A DNA stretch of 64,000 nucleotides from an uncultured Nitrospira sp. (GCA_964465695.1 CAYXKP010000001.1:4714-68713), one strand, 5' to 3'. Positions 21,311-32,075 are shown, numbered from the stretch's first letter. Numbers and translations: made by a program. The notes: generated by a model not told the origin, from the letters alone.

Positions 21311-21793
21311 ATGGCGGCTATGGCAACAGTAGGGTCCAGTGTCATTGAGATGTTGAAAGAAGACCACGAGAAGGTGAAAGGCCTCTTCGAAGATTTCGAA
21401 TCAGCCGAAGGGAGAGAGCAAGCAGAGATCGCCGCCACGACGATCATGGCGCTGGAGGTCCACGCCGATTTGGAGGAAAAGCTGATTTACCCGGCGATCC
21501 GAAAAGAAATCGACGAGGACGAGATGATGAACGAGGCGGTGGAGGAGCATCATCTGGTTCATGTCCTCATCAAGGAGCTCAAGAGGCTTAAACCCAAGGA
21601 TGAAGTGTTCCAGGCGAAGTTCAAAGTCTTGGGTGAGCTCGTGAAGCACCATATCGAGGAAGAAGAAGGGGAGATGTTGCCCAAGGCGCAAGAGAGCGAC
21701 ATCGACTGGGAAAACCTGGAGACGGCGGTAATGAAGCGCCGGGAAACGATGATCAGCAAGCTTTCAGGACAGAAGAAGACATCAAAGCGATAG
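21311..21793 (+). CDS. Hemerythrin HHE cation-binding domain protein
   Basis: ML.EDHEKVKGLF, EEHHLVH and HHIEEEE motifs spaced as in the hemerythrin-like four-helix bundle. Confidence 0.8.
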   Translation: MAAMATVGSSVIEMLKEDHEKVKGLFEDFESAEGREQAEIAATTIMALEVHADLEEKLIYPAIRKEIDEDEMMNEAVEEHHLVHVLIKELKRLKPKDEVFQAKFKVLGELVKHHIEEEEGEMLPKAQESDIDWENLETAVMKRRETMISKLSGQKKTSKR

Positions 21794-21881
21794 ATCGCGG
21801 TATCGGCGGGCTAGGTCTTTTGCGACAGTGGAAAGATCGGCCCGCCACTTTTCCTGAGGAAGTACCCATGACTGAGTCAAG

Positions 21882-22140
21882 CTATGAGGGACGGTCCTTA
21901 CTACGCTCCGGCCGGCAGGAAATGTTCCAAGTCCTGATCCTTTGCACACGAAGTGCTGACTGAATAGCTGAATAGATAGTTAGAAGCACCCGTTCCTGCC
22001 TGAAGCCCCACCAAGCCATCCCATAAGCAAGGTAGCTGTCGATCAACCGCTGGGCTTGCGCGTGCGCCGGCACAAAGCGGATCTTCCCGCGCCTGATATG
22101 CCGTTCCTTGTCGATATCATCGTCCTTGATCGGCTTTTTC
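21882..22140 (-). pseudogene. Possible tyrosine recombinase (integrase) fragment
   Basis: The minus-strand frame reads ...DDDIDKERHIRRGKIRFVPAHAQAQRLIDSYLA, which resembles the integrase core segment. There is no start and no catalytic C-terminus. Weak call. Confidence 0.3.
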
Positions 22141-22141
22141 G

Positions 22142-22336
22142 TTGCTCTTCGGTGTCGGGGCTTCGACGTTGCTGACTCTCGTCGTGATCCCGGTGCTGTA
22201 CTACTATGCCGCAGAAAGACCGGTGGAGTTGAGACAGGTCGAAACGAAACCAGAAAACCGGGAGGACATCCCTGACGGTCAACATTCAGGTGTGGAGGCT
22301 CTCTCGGCCTTGGTCTCGAATGATCCGAAGCCGTAA
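22142..22336 (+). pseudogene. 3'-terminal remnant of an RND (AcrB/CzcA-type) efflux pump gene
   Basis: GASTLLTLVVIPVLYYY resembles the last TM helix of RND pumps. The upstream ~1000 codons are absent. Confidence 0.45.
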
Positions 22337-22374
22337 GAGGGACGTAATATCATTCGCTGCCGATTAACCAACTG

Positions 22375-23613
22375 CTAAGGGGTCTTTGCGCAACGGAACC
22401 CATAGCCGAACTTCCGACTGGACGGCTCGGCATTGAAGCGAAAGGACGAACGGAGAAATTCCTGAATGTAGCGCCAGTTGCCGCCGCGGACTACTTTAGA
22501 CTTGCCGGTGGTCGGCCCTTGAGGATTTTTGGTCGGGCTCTTCTTGTAGTAGTCATGGTCATACCAGTCGTTGACCCATTCCCAAGCATTGCCCGCCATG
22601 TCGTAGATACCGTAGGGGCTCTTGCCCATTTCAAACATCCCCACCGGAACCAACGCCATATGGTTCGCCCATTGCTTCTTGCCGAAATTCGCGTGGAGTC
22701 TGGTGGGAGCCTCATTGCCCCATGGGTAGAGGCGGCCATCCGTCCCTCGCGCCGCCTTTTCCCATTCCGCCTCGGTGGGCAGACGCTTGCCGGCCCATTT
22801 GCAATACGTGACGGCATCAAACCAACTGACATTGACGACGGGGCGTTTCTGATGCCGAGGCTGGTTCATGATGTCCCACTCCGGCGGCGCCTCCTTGTCG
22901 GTCGCCTCCAGATACTTGGCATATTCACCCACCGTCACGTGGTACTTGTCCATGTAGAACGCATTGAGGTAGACGCGATGCACCGGCATTTCGTCGGGGC
23001 TCATGGTGCTTCCCATGGTGAACTCTCCCGCCGGCACCAGCGCCATCGGCTGGTCGCCCGGTTTGAGATCATCCAGCGGGGTGGTCGGACGCCGCCCGGG
23101 AAGTTTCGCTGCCAACTGTTGATAGACGATCTGCTGCTCATTATTGAGGCCCAGCTCATTCGCGCCGTCCAGAGCCTCTTCCGCCTTGGTTATCTGGTCG
23201 ACATGAGCCTGCCCATCGCCGATCAAGCTCTTCGCCTCCTCCAGCAACCGCCACGCCGTCACTTCCTCTAGCGACCGCCACACCTCCATTTTACGCAACC
23301 GTAGTTCCTTGGTTCCCGCTGTCCTGGATTTCGCGTCCAGATGCAACGCGGCCTCGTAATGTTCTTCCGCACAAGCCCAGGCCGACAGAGCTCGACAGGC
23401 CTCCGCCAAGTTGAAATGAGCCCGCACGTTGGAGGAGTTCTTCGTGATGCCGGATTCTAAAGCGGCCCGTGCCTCCACATACTGTTTCTTCTTCAATAGA
23501 GACTCTCCTTTGGCAAAGTCTTCCTCGCCGGTCTCGGCTGCCGACGCCGTCAGGGAGGCGGCGGCCAGCTTCAAGCAGATGACAAAACCCAGCATCTTAA
23601 GGGACTGCCTCAT
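22375..23613 (-). CDS. Secreted TPR + formylglycine-generating-enzyme (SUMF1/EgtB/PvdO) family protein
   Basis: Signal peptide at the internal start MRQSLKMLGF (SD gggaggg). C-terminal FGE-sulfatase signature RLPTEAEWEKAARG...YDMAGNAWEWVNDWY...RGGNW. Confidence 0.85.
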   Translation of the reverse strand: MRQSLKMLGFVICLKLAAASLTASAAETGEEDFAKGESLLKKKQYVEARAALESGITKNSSNVRAHFNLAEACRALSAWACAEEHYEAALHLDAKSRTAGTKELRLRKMEVWRSLEEVTAWRLLEEAKSLIGDGQAHVDQITKAEEALDGANELGLNNEQQIVYQQLAAKLPGRRPTTPLDDLKPGDQPMALVPAGEFTMGSTMSPDEMPVHRVYLNAFYMDKYHVTVGEYAKYLEATDKEAPPEWDIMNQPRHQKRPVVNVSWFDAVTYCKWAGKRLPTEAEWEKAARGTDGRLYPWGNEAPTRLHANFGKKQWANHMALVPVGMFEMGKSPYGIYDMAGNAWEWVNDWYDHDYYKKSPTKNPQGPTTGKSKVVRGGNWRYIQEFLRSSFRFNAEPSSRKFGYGFRCAKTP

Positions 23614-23949
23614 AAAGCTCCCCTCCCGAATGGTGGCCGTAACAACAGATCTCGCTTCCCCGTACAGAGCGTCGGTTGCCGTCGGGCATGCGGTCTTTAC
23701 GGGAGGCAAGATAGCATAATGCATCTCAAGCATAAAGACGCTTGAATGATGATCGAACTTTTCCCATTGTGGAAGGCGGAGTTTAAGCCGCGCGACTAGG
23801 AGGCGGCACGTTGCACACACCCGCCAGGGCGCGAGCTAATGCAGCGAGTTTCGGCCGTGAGTGAGCGGTGTCCCATGAGCATCCAGGGGCTTAGACTCAA
23901 CCGTCACGAGACTGGAAGGTATCCGGAAGGCTGTTGGCAAATCCTGATT

Positions 23950-24417
23950 CTAGGGTTTTGGCTTCTCCTTATAGGTATCGTGCTCCGCCGGCTTCTTCGC
24001 CAGGTTGTCGCCGGCGACTCGTGTGACGGAGATCTCTCGGGGGCTTCCCTCACCTTCGCGCTTGATCTGCAGCTTTACTGCGCTCCCGGCTTCTCCACGA
24101 ACCATCTTCACAACCTGTTCGTAAGTCTTTCCCGAGACCGCCGAACCATCGACGCTGATCAACTCGTCTCCGTGCCGAAGCCCGGCCTTATGAGCCGGTC
24201 CTTCACGATACACTCTTCCGACGTACAGTGACGCCGGATCTCCGACGCGCTCTGCCCCGATATGAAGGGAAATACCGATCACCCCGTCCGGCCCCGTGGT
24301 TCCGTCCACGCCTGTAGGATTCTGTCCGGGTTGATCAGCAGCGTGGACCGGACCGCTCAGCAGAAGACCCAACATCATCGTGATCATCGCGCCCATCATC
24401 GCCATTGTGTTCCGCAT
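23950..24417 (-). CDS. Secreted PDZ-domain protein
   Basis: Signal peptide at the internal start MRNTMAMMG (SD ggagg). PDZ signature GISL...VYREGPAHKAGLRHGDELISVDG. Confidence 0.7.
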   Translation of the reverse strand: MRNTMAMMGAMITMMLGLLLSGPVHAADQPGQNPTGVDGTTGPDGVIGISLHIGAERVGDPASLYVGRVYREGPAHKAGLRHGDELISVDGSAVSGKTYEQVVKMVRGEAGSAVKLQIKREGEGSPREISVTRVAGDNLAKKPAEHDTYKEKPKP

Positions 24418-24910
24418 AAAATGCCTCCAAATGAAACAATAAGTTATGAAAACCGGCTGGCTAATCGTTCGCATTATCTGGTCTTGGTCCCGTCACGTCT
24501 ACTGGCGGGAATCCTAGTATACTTATTCATTTCCCCGGATCGATTATGATTATGTGGCCATCTGTATCGATTTAGATAAGCTGTATCCCCACCGATACGC
24601 TAGTACATTAGCTTCGGTGTCTCACAAAGCTGGGTCAAAGACTAAATGTCTAAATAAGTTACCTTTATGATCGATCAGACCGATGATGCATCAAAGGTAT
24701 ATCTATTGCACATGCCATATGTTGTTCGAAGCAAGGTCGTCCTTTTATCGCATTCCGTCCGGTCCAACGACAGGTGGAATTACGAAAAGAGCGGATAGGC
24801 TGTCCATGTTCCCGGGAACGTTCCGTATCGAGACCTAGGACATTAACTAGTTCATCAGGAGTCCTCTTTTTTCTAGGCTCTAACTGCCAAAAAACAAAGG
24901 AGGGACATCC

Positions 24911-25144
24911 ATGGACACAACAACGCTCAGTAATCGGGTCAAAACCACATTGGAGCAAGTTGGTACGGATTGTCCGCTGGAAGCGATGATGGATCTCTGT
25001 CCTGAATTGACATGGAATCAGATGTTTCTCGCTATCGATGACTTGAGCAGAAGGGGGGAAGTCCTGCTGACGATGGAATCCGACAGGACTTACCGGGTGC
25101 AGATGCGTCGTGTGGAGGCGAACTCGAGTTCGTCCGTTCTCTAG
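24911..25144 (+). CDS. 77-aa hypothetical protein (possibly winged-helix-like)
   Basis: Good SD (aaaggaggga). Lies 46 nt upstream of and co-oriented with a REC-only gene. I recognise no family. Confidence 0.5.
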   Translation: MDTTTLSNRVKTTLEQVGTDCPLEAMMDLCPELTWNQMFLAIDDLSRRGEVLLTMESDRTYRVQMRRVEANSSSSVL

Positions 25145-25190
25145 CGAGAACCGAGAGAGTTTCAGAACTTGAAACCGAACAGGAGTGCGT

Positions 25191-25628
25191 ATGTCGATCT
25201 GTATGGTTTCTCACGCTCAGAATTCCCAACACGACCGACAGGAGACGAAGTGCATTCGTGTGCTGCTGGTGGACGACCACTTCCTCGTCCGGCAAGGGTT
25301 ACGTAAGTATCTCAGCCATCATATCGACATTGAATTGGTGGGTGAGGCAACGGACGGGGAGGAAGCGGTGAAACTGACCGACCTGCTGAAGCCCGACGTC
25401 GTGGTCATGGACATCAACATGCCGAAAATGAACGGCATCGAAGCGACAGGCTCCATCATGCGAAAACATCCGCATCTGCCTATCATTGGTCTTTCGTTTT
25501 ACGCCGGAAACGGCAATGGAGAGGCCTTATTGAATGCCGGTGCCTGCCTGTTGCTCGAAAAGGACACGGCATTTCAACACTTGCCTCAAGCGATTTATCA
25601 GGCGGTCGACAAGCGCAGCGACGCGTGA
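25191..25628 (+). CDS. Stand-alone NarL-type receiver (REC-only response regulator), second orphan copy
   Basis: VLLVDDHFLVRQGLR...VVVMDINMPKMNGIEAT...IGLSF...LEKD. SD aggag lies 5 nt upstream of ATG25191. Confidence 0.85.
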   Translation: MSICMVSHAQNSQHDRQETKCIRVLLVDDHFLVRQGLRKYLSHHIDIELVGEATDGEEAVKLTDLLKPDVVVMDINMPKMNGIEATGSIMRKHPHLPIIGLSFYAGNGNGEALLNAGACLLLEKDTAFQHLPQAIYQAVDKRSDA

Positions 25629-25673
25629 TCCGATATCCATCGGTGATTGCGCACACTCTCGTGGATATGGCGA

Positions 25674-25691
25674 GGGCGGCGCGCGCCGCCC
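25674..25691. terminator. Perfect 18-nt GC palindrome gggcggcgcgcgccgccc downstream of the REC gene
   Basis: Read directly. No U-tract follows, so its function (terminator or protein site) is uncertain. Confidence 0.3.
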
Positions 25692-26070
25692 GCCTCTGAT
25701 CCACAAAGCTTTCCATATCCCACTCTGTCATGTCGCATTGCGCGACATTGGTGATTTCCTTCTGTCGCAAATATCCTCAGCACTGGATTCTACACTGTCT
25801 AGATCATCACGCCTGTGGATTCTGAATGAAAAACTAGAAAGTCACAAAACCCTCCGATTTACGCCTTCGGCGCGCTTAAGGGGGGCGGATATGCTTCTGA
25901 AACTATTCCATTTATCCGTTCGGTGAGCCATCGAACCAGATGACGGCGTTCTGAAACGACTTCTAGTCAGAGGCTTCTTCTTTGCAGTTCAGGCCCTCGG
26001 GATATGACTCTTGATGTGATAGTAGATGCCTGGGCCATGATGGCACCGGCCACGACGGAACCCCAGAGGA

Positions 26071-27192
26071 GTGTGGAACGATGATATGACGACCCGGACC
26101 TCTATCTTCGCGGCCATCGCCGGAGCTGCGGGGCTGCTTATTGGTTATACGACAGTGAGCCAACTCTTCTGGAACGCAGGGTTACCGGAGGGGCTCATAC
26201 AGGCCAACGGCCGCATCGAAGGCGACCATGTGACGATCGCGAGCAAGTTTCCGGGCAGGGTGGTGGAGTTGCCGGCGCGCGAAGGCGATACCGTGATCAA
26301 AGACCAGAAATTGGTTCAATTGGACGATGTGCAGACGCGCGCCAGAGTTGAACAGGCGCGACGGCTGGTGGAGATGCTGGGCGCACAGGTGGAGGCGGCG
26401 CACTCAATGTTGGCCGTGCTCAATCTTGAGGTGCCGCTCGCGATCGAAGCCGCTCAGGCGAAAGTCGACAGCGTCGTCGCCGCGTTGGAGAAGACCAACG
26501 CGGTCGAGCAGGAGGCTCGACGGGATCTTGCGCGCATACGGGCCCTCTTGCCGGAGCAGGCGGTCTCGCACCAATTGGTCGAGCAGACCGAAGCCAGATG
26601 GAGGGCCGCGGCCAGCGACCAAATCTCCGCGAAAGGCTCCGTAGCCCAGACTCGCAAAGAACTCTCGCAAGCGGAATTGGGCTGGAGGCGCATCCAGACG
26701 AAAGAAAAGGAGGTCGCAGCCCTGGAGCAACAGCGCGACCAAGCCGAGGCAGCCTTGGCCGAAGCCGAGAGTATTCTGAGCGACCTTACCATCACGGCTC
26801 CGACGAGCGGGACGATTACCACCCGCATGATCAACGTCGGTGAAGTGGTGTCGGCCGGGACGCCGCTGCTCGAACTCGTCGACCTCGATCGGCTCTATCT
26901 TCAAGTGTTCGTTCCTGAGGTCCAGATCGGGAAACTCCGCCACGGTTTGCCGGCGCGGATCTACACCGATGCATTTCCGGAACGGCCGTACGATGCGACC
27001 GTGAAGTACATCTCATCAAAAGCTGAGTTCACGCCGAAAGAAGTACAAACGCGCGACGAACGGGTGAAACTCATTTATGCCGTGCGGCTGTACCTTGCCG
27101 AGAATCCGGAGCATCGGCTCACGCCGGGATTGCCGGCCGACGCCATCATTCGATGGAAAGAGGATGTGGCGTGGGTGAAGCCGAGGGGTTAG
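26071..27192 (+). CDS. HlyD-family membrane fusion protein (YbhG-like)
   Basis: N-terminal TM helix, long coiled-coil middle, lipoyl/beta-barrel signatures (ITAPTSGTIT, VSAGTPLLELVDLDRLYL). Confidence 0.85.
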   Translation: MWNDDMTTRTSIFAAIAGAAGLLIGYTTVSQLFWNAGLPEGLIQANGRIEGDHVTIASKFPGRVVELPAREGDTVIKDQKLVQLDDVQTRARVEQARRLVEMLGAQVEAAHSMLAVLNLEVPLAIEAAQAKVDSVVAALEKTNAVEQEARRDLARIRALLPEQAVSHQLVEQTEARWRAAASDQISAKGSVAQTRKELSQAELGWRRIQTKEKEVAALEQQRDQAEAALAEAESILSDLTITAPTSGTITTRMINVGEVVSAGTPLLELVDLDRLYLQVFVPEVQIGKLRHGLPARIYTDAFPERPYDATVKYISSKAEFTPKEVQTRDERVKLIYAVRLYLAENPEHRLTPGLPADAIIRWKEDVAWVKPRG

Positions 27193-27270
27193 GGCGAGCA
27201 GGGGACCTTTGTGCGCGCTCAATGCGAGCAGTAAAAGCCCCTCCACTCGCCCTAAGGGGGAGAGAAAGAA

Positions 27271-29253
27271 ATGGGAATAGAACATTCGTCTCAGCACTTA
27301 GCACTCGGATGTCAGCACTTGGACAACGTCGTGCGCGTGTCCGGATTTGTGAAGCGCTACAAGAAGCAGACGGCGGTCGGCGGAGTCGACCTTGAAATCA
27401 GGAAAGGCGAGATCTACGGGTTGATCGGGCCGGATGGCTCAGGGAAGAGCAGCCTCATGAAAGCGATTGCCGGTGTGCTGACCTATGATGAAGGCACGGT
27501 CGAAGTATTCGGGACGTTGGTCGATTCGGAACGAGCCGCGGAGCGGGTGAAGCAACGAATCGGCTTTCTGCCGCAAGGTCTGGGGTTGAATTTGTACCCC
27601 GATCTCTCCGTCGAGGAGAACATCGACTTCTTTGCGCGACTCAGGCTTGTGCCGGAGCGTGACCTCATTGAGCGGAAGACCAGGCTGCTGGCCATGACCC
27701 GCCTCGACAAATTCCGCGATCGGGCGATGAAGAATCTGTCCGGCGGTATGAAGCAGAAGCTGGGACTGATCTGCACCCTTATCCATGAACCGGAGCTGGC
27801 AATTCTCGATGAGCCGACGACCGGGGTGGATCCTGTGTCGCGCCGGGAATTTTGGGCCATTCTGGGGGAGTTGCTCCGGGAGAAAGGAATGACCGCCCTG
27901 GTCTCCACGGCTTACATGGATGAGGCGGCTCGGTTTCACCGGCTCTCGTTTTTTTCAGGTGGAAGGGTGATGGTATCCGGGACTCCTGCGGAAATACGCG
28001 CTCTGGTTCCCGGGTCGATGGTGACCTTCGAAGCCACACCGCAGCCGGATGCAATCGCTCGGCTCAAGGAAACGTACCAACAGGTGGAGGCGTTGGGTTC
28101 AAGGCTCCATGTGTTTACCGCAGACCTCGACCACGCACAGGCCGTGCAGCATGTTGAGACAAGCCTCGGCGACATCAAGCCCGATCAAGTGCGGGTGGAT
28201 GATCCTGAATTGGAGGATGTTTTCGTCTCCCTCCTCCTCCGACAGGCTGAGAACACACAGGGAACGGCCATTCCTTCTGTGGCGAAACGGGCTGAGAACC
28301 AGGGGCTCGCGATCGAGGCTCGCAAACTCGTGCGCGATTTCGGGGCGTTCCGGGCCGTCGATCATGTGACCTTTCAGGTCAAACAAGGTGAGATCTTCGG
28401 ACTGTTGGGTGCCAACGGGGCAGGCAAGACGACGGTCATTAAAATGTTGAACGGCATCTTGCCGCCGACCGGTGGAGAAGGGTGGGTGGCAGGGGCGGAG
28501 ATAAAGACCGCGGGCAGCCTCATCAAGGAACGAATCGGCTACATGTCCCAAGCTTTCTCCCTCTATCTGGATCTGACGGTCGTAGAGAACGTTCGTCTGT
28601 TTGCCGGGATCTATGGACTCGATAGGAGAACGACAGACCAACGACAGAATTGGGTCATGTCAATGGCCGGCTTAAGGGGGTACGAGTCGAACCTCACCGG
28701 TCGCTTGCCGATGGGTGTCCGCCAGCGGTTGGCCCTTGGTTGCGCGCTGGTGCATCAGCCGCGCGTCCTATTCCTGGATGAACCGACCTCCGGCGTCGAT
28801 CCCATCGGCCGTCGGCACTTCTGGGACATCCTGTCGAAGCTGGCAGGGGAGGAAGGAGTCGCGATCCTTGTGACCACCCATTACATGAGCGAAGCCGAAC
28901 ACTGCGATCACCTGGCGCTGATGTATGCGGGCCGAATCGTGGCGGATGGTTCCCCCGCCGACATGAAGCGAAGTGTGGAGAAAGAGGCCGGCTACCTCTT
29001 CGAGGTCGTCGCCGATGACCCGGGCAAGGCTGTGTGGGAATTGCGACGGGCAGGCTTTGCCGATGCCGCTCTGTACGGGACGCGCATTCATCTGTTCTGT
29101 CGAGATCCGGTACGCGACAGAAACGGTGCTTGCGGGGCGCTCGAATCCAGCGGCGTGAAGGTCACATCGGTCACCATGCGTCCTCTCAGCTTGGAAGACG
29201 TGTTCGTATACAAAGTCATGGCCTTGGAGCAGCAGGACAGAGCGGCGGCATGA
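27271..29253 (+). CDS. Tandem-ATPase ABC transporter protein (YbhF-like)
   Basis: Two Walker A motifs (GPDGSGKSS, GANGAGKTT), two signature motifs (LSGGMKQKL, LPMGVRQRL) and two Walker B motifs. Confidence 0.9.
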   Translation: MGIEHSSQHLALGCQHLDNVVRVSGFVKRYKKQTAVGGVDLEIRKGEIYGLIGPDGSGKSSLMKAIAGVLTYDEGTVEVFGTLVDSERAAERVKQRIGFLPQGLGLNLYPDLSVEENIDFFARLRLVPERDLIERKTRLLAMTRLDKFRDRAMKNLSGGMKQKLGLICTLIHEPELAILDEPTTGVDPVSRREFWAILGELLREKGMTALVSTAYMDEAARFHRLSFFSGGRVMVSGTPAEIRALVPGSMVTFEATPQPDAIARLKETYQQVEALGSRLHVFTADLDHAQAVQHVETSLGDIKPDQVRVDDPELEDVFVSLLLRQAENTQGTAIPSVAKRAENQGLAIEARKLVRDFGAFRAVDHVTFQVKQGEIFGLLGANGAGKTTVIKMLNGILPPTGGEGWVAGAEIKTAGSLIKERIGYMSQAFSLYLDLTVVENVRLFAGIYGLDRRTTDQRQNWVMSMAGLRGYESNLTGRLPMGVRQRLALGCALVHQPRVLFLDEPTSGVDPIGRRHFWDILSKLAGEEGVAILVTTHYMSEAEHCDHLALMYAGRIVADGSPADMKRSVEKEAGYLFEVVADDPGKAVWELRRAGFADAALYGTRIHLFCRDPVRDRNGACGALESSGVKVTSVTMRPLSLEDVFVYKVMALEQQDRAAA

Positions 29254-30404
29254 ATCTCCGGCGTATCGCGGCAGTGGCCTCAAAAGAATGGCGCGAGACG
29301 GTCAGGGACCGGATGTTCTTCTCGCTGGCCTTTTTGCTGCCGATCCTCTGGATGCTCGTCTTCGGCTACGGGCTGGTGCTCGACGTTGAGAACATCCCTT
29401 ATGCAGCTCTGGATCGGGATCAGAGTTCGCTCAGCCGCGATTACCTGTATCGCTTTCAGCAGTCGCGGTATTTTGATTTCAAAGGAGCATTGAAGGATGA
29501 ACGAGAGGTGGAGCCATTGCTCGCTTCAGGCCGCATACGAGCCGCAATCATCGTTCCCGAGAAGTTTCAGGAACGGTTGAAGGCCGGCCGGACGGTCGGC
29601 GTTCAAACGTTGATCGATGGAACGTTCCCGCTCCGGACGGACATTACCAAAGGGTATGTGATTGCCGTCAACAGCGCCTTCAACGAAGAGCGGCTCACCG
29701 AATACATCTCCCGCCGGATGGGAATTTCTCCCGCACAGGCCGCGTACCGGGCACGGCCCATCACGCTCGAGGTGCGTTATCTCTATAACGAAGAGGTTCG
29801 GAGCACCTGGTCCATGGTGCCGGCGCTTGTGATGTTCAGCTTGATGCTGTCGTGTCCCTTGTTGACCGCGCTGGGGATCGTCCGAGAGAAAGAGACCGGC
29901 TCCATCTACAACATTTATAGCTCGACGGTGACCAAGATCGAATTCCTCGCCGGCAAGCTGCTCCCCTATGTGCTGATTTCCTCGATGAATGCCGTGGTCC
30001 TCTGGATCATGGCGACCTTGTGGTTCGGCGTACCGTTCAAAGGTAATCTCCTGTTTTTCCTCATGGCCTCCTTCGTGTTCGTGCTCAGCGCCACCGGCGT
30101 CGGCTTGCTCGTGTCGCTGCTGGTCCGCACGCAGATCGCCGCCCTCATCGTCACGATCATTATCGCGATGGTGCCGACCATCCTGTTCTCCGGGCTCATC
30201 GTTCCGGTCTCTTCCCTGAGTCCCGGTTCACAGTTCCAGGCCCACCTGTTTCCCGGCATGTATTACACCAACATCGTCCGCGGGACCTTTCTGAAGGGCA
30301 TAGGGCCGGAGGTGTTATGGACGGATGTCCTTGCCCTGGCCCTATACGCCGCCATCCTGCGACTCGTGGGGTACCGACTCTTTACGAAGAGGCCTCGATC
30401 ATGA
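29250..30404 (+). CDS. ABC-2 type permease (YbhS-like)
   Basis: ATGA start/stop overlap with the ATPase gene. MNLRRIAAVASKEWRETVRDRMFF N-terminus, large periplasmic loop, 5 C-terminal TM helices. Confidence 0.85.
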   Translation: MNLRRIAAVASKEWRETVRDRMFFSLAFLLPILWMLVFGYGLVLDVENIPYAALDRDQSSLSRDYLYRFQQSRYFDFKGALKDEREVEPLLASGRIRAAIIVPEKFQERLKAGRTVGVQTLIDGTFPLRTDITKGYVIAVNSAFNEERLTEYISRRMGISPAQAAYRARPITLEVRYLYNEEVRSTWSMVPALVMFSLMLSCPLLTALGIVREKETGSIYNIYSSTVTKIEFLAGKLLPYVLISSMNAVVLWIMATLWFGVPFKGNLLFFLMASFVFVLSATGVGLLVSLLVRTQIAALIVTIIIAMVPTILFSGLIVPVSSLSPGSQFQAHLFPGMYYTNIVRGTFLKGIGPEVLWTDVLALALYAAILRLVGYRLFTKRPRS

Positions 30405-31573
30405 GTGTTGTGGTCGGGCCCCGTTCGCAACGCGCCGCCATTTGGTGGCATCGTTTGGCGGTCATGACTCGAAAGGAGATGCTGCAGTTGTTTCGCGATG
30501 TGCCGATCGTCGCCTTCCTCGTCTACTCCTTCACCTTGGCGATCTACATTACGGGTAACGGCATCCGATCGCAACTGCATGATGCCAGCTTACTGGTTCA
30601 TGATGCCGATCACAGCATTTCCTCGCGTGAGCTCATATATCGGTTCCAGGCTCCCTTTTTCCGGTTGAGCGGCGAGGTCCTCGATTCGCGGGAAGGCCTT
30701 CGCCTGATGGATCGGGGGATCGCCGTCGCGTTTTTGGAGATTCCTCCCCGGTTTCACGAGCAGCTCGTCACCGGGGAACCCACCGCCGTTCAACTGTTGG
30801 TGGACACCACCAACTCCCCAAACGGGCTCTCGGCTGCCAGTTATGCCGCCCGGATTGTCGCGCGGTTCGGCCAGGAAACGGCGTTCGGAAAAGTCGGGAG
30901 CGTCGGAGACTCGACACAAGACGTGCCTCTCGTCGTGAGCGACCATCGAGTCTGGTACAACCCGGACCAGAATGAGGCTTGGTTCGAGTGCATCTCACAC
31001 CTCCTTCGGCAAATTACGATCTTCGCGCTGCTGCTTCCCGCGGCGGCCCTCGTGCGGGAGAAAGAGCGGGGTACGGTGGAACAACTATTAGTCTCGCCGT
31101 TGACGCCGTTTCAGATCATGGCCTCCAAGGCTCTTGCGATGACGGTGGTGATTCTCGGCGCGACGGCGGTCGGTCTGTTCGGCATCATGCAGCCGGTTTT
31201 CGGGGTGCCAATTAAAGGAAGCGTCTGGCTGTTTTTTACCCTCACGGCGCTGTTCGTCATCACCACAGCCTGCATGGGACTGGCCGGCGCAACACTCGCG
31301 AGGAATCAGGGGCAGGTGGGGATGATGACCCTGCTGGTGGCCGCTCCGATGTTGATGCTGTCGGGTATCACAGCGCCGATGGAGGCCATGCCGACTTGGG
31401 TTCGCTATCTGATGGCGCTGTCGCCCCTGCGCTATTTCATCGAGATCGCGAACGGCATTCTGTTGAAAGGTGCCGGCCTGAACATTCTCTGGGATTCCGT
31501 GCTTGCGATGACGGCGCTCGGGGCGGCGCTGTTCGGCTTCGGCCTGTGGCGATTCAGGAGACAGTTCCGATGA
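30401..31573 (+). CDS. ABC-2 type permease (YbhR-like)
   Basis: ATGA overlap with the previous permease gene. Same architecture (RKEMLQLFRDVPIV...). Confidence 0.85.
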   Translation: MSVVVGPRSQRAAIWWHRLAVMTRKEMLQLFRDVPIVAFLVYSFTLAIYITGNGIRSQLHDASLLVHDADHSISSRELIYRFQAPFFRLSGEVLDSREGLRLMDRGIAVAFLEIPPRFHEQLVTGEPTAVQLLVDTTNSPNGLSAASYAARIVARFGQETAFGKVGSVGDSTQDVPLVVSDHRVWYNPDQNEAWFECISHLLRQITIFALLLPAAALVREKERGTVEQLLVSPLTPFQIMASKALAMTVVILGATAVGLFGIMQPVFGVPIKGSVWLFFTLTALFVITTACMGLAGATLARNQGQVGMMTLLVAAPMLMLSGITAPMEAMPTWVRYLMALSPLRYFIEIANGILLKGAGLNILWDSVLAMTALGAALFGFGLWRFRRQFR

Positions 31574-32075
31574 GAATTATTATTGTCCTGTTCGCTAATG
31601 TAGTGGCATGGTCCCCGCTCTCATCGTCGATGACGGCTCACCTCAAGAATTCTACTAGGGCGCGCGGCCCAGACCTCTCTCACTCAAAACGGTATGGGAA
31701 GAGTGACCGTGACGATTCACGAGTGATTTGATTCTGTGGCGTTGACATTTCCATATGAATGAAGAGCACTCGGAGTTTCCTGGCTCGCCTCGTGCAGCCT
31801 GACGCAGGGCCGGGCCATATATATCGTGTGCTCCGCGTACTGGCTCGTCTTCGGGCATTTGTCTTGCCTGTAAAAACTCTGTATCGTGTTTGCAGACGCT
31901 CGTAGCGACATGGAGGGATCTAGGGCGCCGGTCCTCCGTTTGCCGGTTGATATATAAATGGCATGGCCCGATTGGATCGGCGATGGCAAGCAATGTGGCA
32001 TTGTGCGCATAGGTCCCCGAATCATGCATCGATCCACTTCTTCATACGAAAGTGTACCTGAGACGCACTGCCGAG

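Noticed and set aside
25629-26070. Several 60-130-aa ORFs on both strands between the REC gene and the HlyD gene
   Set aside because: They overlap each other, lack SD sequences and have no recognisable content. I treated the region as intergenic and recorded only the GC palindrome as a feature.
31574-32075. ORFs 31396..31731(+), 31655..32029(-) and 31717..32037(-) in the ~500-bp gap before ackA, plus a TTGACA at 31742
   Set aside because: They have no SD, no motifs and unconvincing composition. The region is more likely a promoter or regulatory spacer. I could not define a credible -10 element at the right spacing.
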